Assembly: GCF_006345805.1 (NCBI RefSeq)
Contig: NC_043003.1
Location: 22,506,001 to 22,570,000, forward strand
From: Octopus sinensis
Lineage: Eukaryota
Length of the DNA: 64,000 nucleotides
Reading direction: 5' to 3'
The notes below the pieces were generated by a model. It ran no database searches and had not been told where the DNA came from. It saw only the letters and a list, made by a program, of their open reading frames with translations. Made by a program: the position numbers and the translations under genes. This document shows, piece after piece, positions 53,401-64,000 of this stretch (position 1 is its first letter; each line of letters begins with the position of its first letter).

Positions 53401-53718
53401 ATATATATATGTGTGTGTGTGTGTGCCTATGTATTTATATTTCTATGTATATTTGTGCATACATACATGGGCACATATAATTTTGAAGATTTGTTTTCCT
53501 TCTTAATTTTCATACTAAAGAATATTGATTTGGTAGCATTTAACATAGGGGCCATTGTGTTCTCCATACAATGGGGATCCCCATGTTAAAGGGCTACCAA
53601 AATTTCTATCAATATATGTTTAATATAAAACCTTGGTCTTATATATTGTATAAGCTATGGTGTAATATATTATATATTATTATATGGTATATAAGTATGT
53701 AATATACATGTATGTATG

Positions 53719-53759
<41 letters not shown>

Positions 53760-54552
53760 CTGCAATACTACAATGTATTACACAATGCATTATCTAAGAT
53801 ATTTTATTATTTAAAATATTAAATGAGGTGTTTTATTAAATAATGCATTATAGAAAGCATTCTTATTAAATAAAATATTACAATTTTGTTTTTGTTTCAC
53901 TTTTGTTCTACCATACCAATATTTTGTAGGATGAGCTTTTGTTAAAGTAATTGTTACTGATTCATATTTCCCTTCATAGCAGTGCTCCAGCATGGTCATA
54001 GAACATCAGCTGGAACCTATAATTGAATGGAAAAATTGCTAGATGCCCTACCGAATCACTGAACCATATAGCAGGTTCAACTCTATACCAATTATACCAC
54101 TTGCTACTGATAATAATGATGATAATAACAATAATGAATAAAAAAACGTCAATGTGCATAATAATTGCATTAGATAACATATACTGAGAGATCTGTTGTG
54201 TTCTCCATACAACAGGATCTGCAACAGTATTATGCTTTCAGAATTGCCTTATCTCTATATGAATAATATTAACATATTAAGAATAAAACTTATTCACATG
54301 TAATTAAAATGTTTATGCATGGCTGATGTTATATATATGAATATGAATACATATGCATTTATATGTATGTGTCTTTCTATACACATTTATATACATATAT
54401 CCTCACAAATGTAAGTATATACTTACATATGCATATATATGTCTGTGTGTGTGTGTGTGCATGTGTTCAAATCTATATCCATCTATCTGTTTGTCTGTCT
54501 GTCTGTCTGTCCGTCTGTCTGTGTGTCTATCTATCTATCTATCTATATATAC

Positions 54553-54583
<31 letters not shown>

Positions 54584-54735
54584 AACATACATACATACAT
54601 ACATACACATACACACACACACACACACATATATAGATACATATATAAATATACATACACACACATATGTATATGTGTATGTACATATACAGATATGCAC
54701 ATATATGTATGTATGTATATGTGTGTGTATATATG

Positions 54736-54777
<42 letters not shown>

Positions 54778-55819
54778 CTACATTTAAACATTGAAGTAGC
54801 TGTAACTGGAAATATCACACAATACTGCAATAATGACACAAATAAAAATAAACTCAATAAATATAGTAATAATAATAATAATAATAATAACTCAGTTAAC
54901 TGTTGGAAAATTCTTAGCTTGCTTTTTTTTTATTGTTGTATGTTTTGTGTTTTGTTTAAGTTCCAATCTAGTTGACAATATATGTGATTCACATTGCTGT
55001 TGTGTTCTCTGAAACAACAGTACACCAAAGTTATTATATATTGTCAAACATAGATTTCAGGAATAATCAAATACACAGTATATTGCAGAACATGCAATAT
55101 GGGAATAACGAAAATCTTAATATAGCGTGACATTGGTATTTTCAGAAATGACAAGCCAGCAGTGATATTGAACATTTTATCACCAAGCGTTCTTCATGCT
55201 GGAATACCTGATATGAATTATATTATGTTAGAGAGAAGATGGTAAAAAGACAACAAAATGGAAGCAGATAAAGGGGAAATAGAAGAAATGAAGGAAGGAA
55301 AATGCTAGAATTTTATAAAAGAGAAAATGCTGTATGAAAATGGTATATTTTGGAGTAGGTGCATGACTTGGTGATTGGAATGTTGAACGAATCACTTTAA
55401 ATTCATAAGTTTGGTTCTTGGACTGGTGCATTATGTCCTTGGGCAAGGTTTTTCATTTCATAAAGTTCCATTCCGAGTTGTTGGAATTAAGTATTGATGA
55501 AATGAATTATATTATATAAGAGAGCAGACAAAACAAGATGGAAGAAGTAAAAAGGAGAAAGGAAAAAGAAAGAAAAATGAAAGAGAGCAAAGAAATTGTT
55601 AGAATTTAATGAAAGCCAAGATATTTTATATATTATGTGGTAATTTTCAGGTATGGCCTTGTGGATAGGCTTTTGAGCAAAGCATGTAAACTGTAAGTTC
55701 ATGGACTTGATTCTTGAACTGGGTGATGCATTATAGCTTTGGGCAAGAATTTTTATTTCAAGAAGTTTTTGTCCAAGTAGACATAAATTAGCACTAATGG
55801 AATGACTAGCTAACTACAC

Positions 55820-56120
55820 CTTTTTCAAGCCTAACCAGGCTCATGGGCCCGGTTTCTTGGTTTCTGTGGCATATATATTCCCCCCAGCTGGACAGGATGT
55901 CAGTTTATCGCAGCGTTACTCAAGAAACAGGAAGAGAGAGTGAGAGAAAGTTGTGGCAAAAGAGTACAACAGGGGTCGCCACCACACCCTGTCAGAGCCT
56001 CATGGAGCTTTTTAGGTGTTTTCGCTCAATAAACACACACAACGCCCGGTCTGGGAATCGAAACTGCGATCCTCCAACCGCGAGTCTGCTGCCCTAACCA
56101 CTGGGCCATTGCGCCTCCAC
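55820..56120 (-). mobile_element. Family B SINE
   Basis: Reverse complement of GTGGAGGCGCAATGGCCCAGTGGTTAGGGCAGC.... Confidence 0.85.
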
Positions 56121-57214
56121 TAGAGTGACATATTACAAGAAATGACATTCACAAGATGAAAGAAACTAAAACTAAAAAAAGCAAGAAAGAAAGATGAAAT
56201 GAAAGAAAGGAAAGAAATTTCCAGAATTTAATAGCAGAGAGAATATTGTATGAATAATATATGGTGACTTTGGGTGTAAATGTGTGGCTTAGTGGTTAGA
56301 ATGTTCATAGGGTGGATTCTTTGACTGGGTAGTGCATTATCTCCTTGAGCAATATAATTTATTTCGTGAAATTCCAGATCACACAACTGAAACTGAATAC
56401 TACTGACAGCTGATGGGGAAGATTAACCCTTTCAATACTAACCCATCCAGGATTGACCTTGCTTCTATAATACAAACTTCCTGCTTTAAAGTGCTCTAAA
56501 TATGAATCTTCCATCAAAATTCTATATTAATTTATGTTCCAAACCCCAGCATAATAATGACTAAGTTATTTTACTAAATTCTTCATTATTTTCAAAATTA
56601 ATTATAGCAAAGTCAGAACATTTCATCAGAAATATGGTAACAAAATGGTTAACCTTGTGATGGACTAGTGGAGGAGAGGAATCTTGAAATGTCAGTTACT
56701 TAAACATAATTGAAACCAAAATAACCTATGACATAACTAGGTTTTAATGCTAACTTTTCAGTACTCTTCATATTTCCAAAAACTAGTTTTGGCCTCAAAA
56801 TGTTAAATTTCTTCCTTCTTTTCTCCTCTTTATGTCAAACTAATTGGTCTCACAAATGGTCACAGCTATTATAAGGAAGATAATCATTTCATCATATTAC
56901 GAAGCAGGATTAGAAATTTGAAACTGGAATTAAGGAATTATAATAAAAAAAGATGCAAATTTAATTTTATCTTGTTTTATGAAATGTATATATTTAAAAA
57001 AAGATTTTGCTTGATGAGACACAAACGGTCATGTGTATTGTATTGTTGATCTAGTTAGCCATAGTAAATAATACTAGAAGTTCTTTTCATAGATTCTTTT
57101 TGGCAGGTAAATGACTAAGTTAACACGAAGGGGAGATTGCAAACTGGATTTTGGAAAAGCAACCAGTATGATGCTGAAATATTCCTTGGATATATTTTCA
57201 AAAAGATACAAACC

Positions 57215-57276
<62 letters not shown>

Positions 57277-58261
57277 AACACACACACACACACACACACA
57301 CACAACAAAACACAATGCATGCAATATTTACATATTATATCTACAGATACTTATATATGACTGTATAGTTTCTCTCTTCACTCCCACATATTCTTATATT
57401 TTGTACAGTTATACTTTACATACATCCCCAAATATTGTATTTCATACAGTAATACAAGGCCTTATTCATAGAAGAATATTCAAATTATTTAGTTATGAAC
57501 CTGAGACAATTTAAAATGTTTTTTTTTTCAAAAAAGACTTCTGTTTGAATCACCATTGTAACACTCACATTCCTAACAAAGGTCAGAAATTTGGAGGAGG
57601 GAATTTGTTGATTGCATTGACCCAAGTATTCGACTGGTATCTTATTTAATCAACTCTGAAAGACTGAAAGGCAAAAATTAACCTTGGTGGCTTTTGTATT
57701 CCAATTGTAAAGAGCAATAACATATAGTGTCAGACATTTTCTCTGATGCTCTAAAAATTCTCTCAATCCATTTTCCAATTTTCATCTAATATTGAAAAAA
57801 GCTCCATAATAGCTCCTTTAAATTAGCCCTTCCTTAGACCTCCTGGAATATATTTCGATACATTTTTAAGCTACATTTTCTATCCATCAATAAAAAATCT
57901 TTCACTACAAGAAAAAAGAAAATAATACATAGAAACATTATTTCTAAAACTTTCAACAAGAGACAAGGTTCTATTATATTTCTAAATTGTTCCATTGCAA
58001 ATTATTCATGGAATCATCACTTTGTCTCAGAAATTATGGAAGCTGATTCTTTGCTTCCGTTATAAATTAAAGAGGGAATGAATTTTGAATGCCCTGATTT
58101 GAAATTCTAACCAAGTTTGGGAAATATTCCATTGTATACATAACTAAAGTTGTGTGGTATTCTTGATAATGATGATGATGATGGTAATTATTCTGCATAC
58201 ATATATACCATTCAGACATACTTACAAATACACACAAACACACACACAAACATGCATGCAT

Positions 58262-58294
<33 letters not shown>

Positions 58295-58416
58295 CACTCA
58301 TATATATCCCTCGTGATTACATACAGAGATGATCATTCCTATATATGTATACTTATATACATATATATATACATATATACATATGCATATATATGTGTGT
58401 GCGTGTATATATATAT

Positions 58417-58469
<53 letters not shown>

Positions 58470-58801
58470 CACAAAGAATAAAACACATACACACACACTC
58501 ACATACACACCATGCATTGTTGCATCACATTTTCTATTTGACACAATCTGATATCTTCAAGAGCCTTTTTTTTTCCATTATCTTTTAGGTGAGAACAAAA
58601 TTCTAAGCCCTAATTTGAATTCTACATAAACCAAACATAGAACAAATCTCTTGATGCTCTATGAGATTATTTTTGCCAACTAACTTATTTGGCTTCTGTT
58701 TTGACAGAAAATTTACATAAAACTACTACTACTACTACTTCCTCTTCTCCTCTATTATTATTATTATTATTATTTATTATTATTATTTATTATTATTATT
58801 A

Positions 58802-58840
<39 letters not shown>

Positions 58841-59502
58841 AAATCATTATTATAGTCGGTATTAAAAACATTATATGAAATCTTTATTGATCTGATTGAA
58901 ATATGAAATGCTTTTCTTAAATTTCTAACTAGTTGAAAAAATAGCTCTCCATGGAAATTTTTTGATAATGATATCATAAGATATATAGATATAAGATATA
59001 CCCATAGATATTGTGATAGAACTAAAAAACCGACTGTCAAAGCAAAAAAAACACACCAGAATAAACAATTAAAGACTGCTCAAAAGCGGGCCTTCAGAAC
59101 AACAATACTCGATTCACTTTACAAACAAATACTACTTTACTGACCTCACTTATCTGGTACAATCACTTACTTGGTACAAAAATTACAGTGTAGCCAAGAG
59201 TTGAGCGGCCTAATAATGGGTATACCAAGACAAAGTGTAGTAAATGGCGTATATCATGTACGTCAGAGTATGTATGAAACCATATAAGTGCAGACATGAA
59301 CACAATATTTGATGGAATAACTCTTAGTACACATACAATGGACAAATATATAAGTATATATAACGCAAACAAATAATATTAAGATATAGCCTTCATTTAT
59401 TCTTATTTCTTTTACTTGTTTATATATATATATATAATATATAGTATGCATATACATACACACACTCATATATATATATGCATATATATTTGAATATGTA
59501 TA

Positions 59503-59537
<35 letters not shown>

Positions 59538-59653
59538 ATTATATACAGATATTTTAGAATCTTATGAGAGAAGTTTGCTAGATGTTCAAACATTTCCATA
59601 TCAGAAACTGTTTTCTCCATGTGCTAAAGCTCTCTGCTCACAACAAGACTTAC

Positions 59654-59904
59654 GAACAGAAGCATAATTGGGTGGAAGAAGGGGACAGCAAACCAGAGAA
59701 CAAGATGACTTGTCCCACAGCTAATTGATCAAAGACCTTGGAATGAGATCCCTGATTATTTGAAGGAGTTACTGAAGTTGCTTTGAGTGTTTCATGCATT
59801 GCATGGCAACAGGGGGAAAGAATTTCATCTTTATTTTTGCCAAATAACACATAGTCTTGATTTGCACTGAAGGCTAAGGCTACTTGAAATTTTGAAATTG
59901 ATGG
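59654..59904 (-). CDS. Candidate exon of an unidentified gene
   Basis: gctttag| 83 stop-free codons (PSISKFQVALAFSANQDYVLFGK...TQLCFC) |gtaagt. Confidence 0.3.
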
Positions 59905-60073
59905 CTAAAGCAATTTTTACATAGTAGCTATTCTTTTTAGAACATAATAGAAACAAAAATAATATACATACATATATGAATGTATATATATATCTACATA
60001 TATAGCTGTCCAAGTCAGGAAAAACAGGCACTCATATATAAGGTAATAAAGTATATATATATATTTATAATAT

Positions 60074-60105
<32 letters not shown>

Positions 60106-61095
60106 ATTATATATATATATAATATATATATATATAATATAAATCTTATATCTATATGTACATACATGATCAAATAACAAGATATAAATAGGGATTGAAT
60201 TATTTGGGATTTAATTCTTAGGATCAATGGAGTTTAAAAATCGCTTTAGTTTTCTTTGTCTTATTATGAACAAACTCCCATACCAAGTTTAGCTTATGAG
60301 CCTTATGATTAAAAGAGCAACAACTGTGACATGATCATCATCATTATCATCATCATTATGATTATCATGATGATGATCATCATCAGCAACAACAAGTTCA
60401 TTTGCATTTAATTTCCAAGCAATAATTCTTTCCTGTCTGAAACCTTTTTGAGTGAGGGATCATAGGATAGGAAAGAGTTGTAAAGTTCTAAGCTTTTCAT
60501 ATACAATTTGGCATTATTTATTTATTTATTTATATATTTATTTATTTATTAGTTTTACAAAGCAAACTATTTCTCCTTGAAGAGCATATTTATATGTGAA
60601 CCCAATGTTTAGGGATAGCAAGAGGAGGTTTATAAAGTTTATATTATTTGCATAACAACAGCAATGCAAGCTTTTGAAAAAAAAAGTCAAAAATTTTTAA
60701 AAGACAAACAAGTTCTCCATAAAGAACGGTTTAGACTCCTAACCCTTTATTGTTAATATAAATTCATTTTTAAATCCATGTATATATATATTTTTTAAAA
60801 CCACCAAAATATAAACAATAAATATCTTTGAATACATATATTTGTGCAATTACATTGTATTATTTGTGTGATAAAGGAAAACAGTAAATTATTTACTATT
60901 CACCTGTAGTTGATATTATTTTGTGTGTTTTTTGTATTTATTTACAATAAATTTTGCCAGCAACAAAACAGGCTTTACTTTCTTTCTTTTAAATGTAATT
61001 TATACATTGCATAATAGCCGTAAATATATCTTCAAATATATCTTTTATTAATATATACATACATGTATATATACATATATATATATATAATATAT

Positions 61096-61138
<43 letters not shown>

Positions 61139-61286
61139 GTTTATATATATACATACATACACATACATGTATATATTGATAGTGGTAAAGTTTGTAACAC
61201 AGGTAAGAAACCTTAGAAATTATATGTTAAAAGGACAAAATTGGGTGAGATTATTATTATTATTGTTGTTATTATTATTATTATTA

Positions 61287-61334
<48 letters not shown>

Positions 61335-61472
61335 CATCTTATCTGGAAAATTAGCAATTTCATTGAAACAATCTGCACAGCAAATGGTTGCATAAAATAA
61401 ATCTCTACATAAAGAATTTTGTAATTTTGTTCAGTAACACACACATACTTTCCTAACAATTATGGCTTGACG

Positions 61473-61536
<64 letters not shown>

Positions 61537-62539
61537 ATATATATACATACATACATTCATATATGATATTATTCACATTGATACTTACACATACATATAT
61601 ATTTAAGTGTGATATGAAGGGCATTATTAATATCATCACCATCGTTTTCATTGGTATTGGTTTCAAATCTTAGCACAGGGCCAGCAATTTTAGGGCAAGG
61701 GTATGTCAGTTACATCGATCCCAGTGCATAACTGGTATTTATTTTATTGAAGGGATGGAAGGCAAAATAGACATCATTTGAATGTAAGGATGGAGGAAAT
61801 ACTGTTAAGTATTTTGTCTGTTGTGGCAACAAATCTTCCAGTTCACTGCCTTACTATTTTCATCAATGTCGATATTATTATTATGATCAGAAATAGTAGT
61901 AGTAGTAGCAGTAGTAGTAGTAGTAGTAGTAGTAGCAGTAGTATTAGTAATAGTAGTAGTAGCAGTAGTAGTAGTAGTAGTAGTAGTAGCAGTAGTATTA
62001 GTAATAGTAGTAGCAGTTGGCTCTTATTATTGCCATCTGCTTTCCAGCAAATGCAATGCACTACACACACACATGCGCACGCACACACACAAGCACATAT
62101 ATTTGCTATATATTTCTTTGTATGCTTCCTAAACATCTTTATATCCGTAAAGAAGAATCACGGTAACAGATATTCTTGGTATAAAGATCGCAAGTATAAG
62201 AATGCAAATGAGAAGCTAACACTCACACATGCATACAGGCACACTAACACATATGTACATATATACACTAACACATATGTACATATATACACACACAAAC
62301 AAAAAATATCAAGTTATGTATAACTTTTCAATCAATGATACTAAAAGTATTAGTTGTTTGTTTTTAAAATTTCATGACTATGTTGCCATAGTGATATGGA
62401 AGGCTTTTTTTCTGATATAGTCTTTTATTACAGTGAAGCAATACCTACAAACATACATATATACATAATACATACGTACATATATATATGCTATATGTAT
62501 GTGTGTGTATGTATATATATATATATATATTATATATAA

Positions 62540-62580
<41 letters not shown>

Positions 62581-62903
62581 TATATATATATATCTATATA
62601 TATATTATATATATATATATATATATTATATATATTAATATATAAATATGTGAAGGTGTGTTGCGTAGTGGTTAGGCTGTTGCACTCAAGATTGTTAGAT
62701 CATGGGTTCAGTTCTCTGACTGGGCAGCACATTGTGTTCTTGAGCAAAATCACTTCGTTTCATGTTGCTCCAGTGCTCCTTTTGATCAGTGGGAATTGTT
62801 GGCTTGGGGTGGTGGGGTGGTGTCGTTTGAAGGCTAAAACAACACAAAAGTTCATTGCGACCAGCAATGTGTAACAATATCTGATACCCTGGTCAGTCAC
62901 GTG

Positions 62904-62944
<41 letters not shown>

Positions 62945-63057
62945 TATATATATGTATCTGCATATGTATATTGTATGTATTATATATTATATACATATAT
63001 ATGTGTATATAGATATATTTTTTTTTCCAAGTAAGCTTTATATATATATATAATATA

Positions 63058-63090
<33 letters not shown>

Positions 63091-64000
63091 AATATATATT
63101 ATTTAAAGCTGATTGCTGCTGCTTTTAAGGTAACCATACAATGATGAAGTGACAAGGCAGCATTGTTCTTGTTTTTTAACCCTAGGTCAGCTTTGACAGG
63201 AACAAATCTATGGAAGGAATTCCAACAGCTGTGACCATTGAATCATTTTTCATACATTTAGAATTTCCTTGTTTAAGGTGTCTTTATATTTTTAAGATGG
63301 TAGAATGCCATTTTTATTTCGATAGCTCAGAATCTATGTCCAGCAGCTGAACAACTGCCTTGTAGATACTTTCCACTTCAATGGTCCAGTCTGGCAAAAA
63401 TGGTCAAACAGAATTATGATAGTAAGGCCTTTGAATTGGTCAAACCATGCTGGGAATAATTCAACACTTTAACATATAAGCCTTTGTGTTTCTATCAATG
63501 CAAAAACATTTATATATTTATTTATTTTTCTATTGGTTGGGTGTTATGGTGTATGTTTGAATGGGGAAAGACCAAGGTGTGATAAAATTAAAACCAAGAA
63601 AACAGTGCATCCCATGAGATCCTACCATAGCCTAACAATGGTGGAGGGTTCCTTAGTTACTTGCAGATCGATGAAAATTGATCTGCATTCTATATAAAGA
63701 TATCTATATTCTACATATGTAAATGTGTGTTTGTGTTTGTGCGTGTACATATATAAATACATAAATAAATATACACACATATATATATATATGTACGTGT
63801 GTGTATATATATATATATATATAAACACACACTCATAAATATATACATACAAACATGTGCACAAATATGTACATGTGTTTGTGTATATATATTTTGTAAA
63901 TGATGTGAGTTGTTTTTGTTAATGTAAATATATATATGAGTGTATGCATATGCCTATGTGTAATGTATCTGCATTTGTTATTGGGTTTCTGTAATATATA

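Overview
Eukaryotic, AT-rich, microsatellite-dense genomic DNA. It is most likely from an octopus (coleoid cephalopod); this is inferred from the tRNA-derived SINE families, Tc1 remnants and (TA)n/(TACA)n density, and was not checked by search. There is no prokaryotic operon, CRISPR array or structural RNA gene. The one well-supported gene is a plus-strand GILT/IFI30-like thiol reductase, assembled by hand from six phase-0 exons between 4557 and 12825. The recovered protein is 204 aa with the intact signature CQHGx2ECx2Nx4C and a CxxS (RCPFS) active site; the N-terminal signal-peptide exon was not found. The rest is SINEs (several inserted as multimers with target-site duplications), MITEs, and decayed RTE, CR1-type, RLE-type LINE, Tc1 and Helitron fragments. 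From about 36 kb onward the repeats are CpG-eroded and there are several splice-site-bracketed open frames, suggesting the body of a second, unidentified gene whose strand could not be settled. Nearly all long entries in the ORF track are simple-repeat artefacts. Exon and TSD coordinates were counted exactly; the edges of decayed repeats are approximate.
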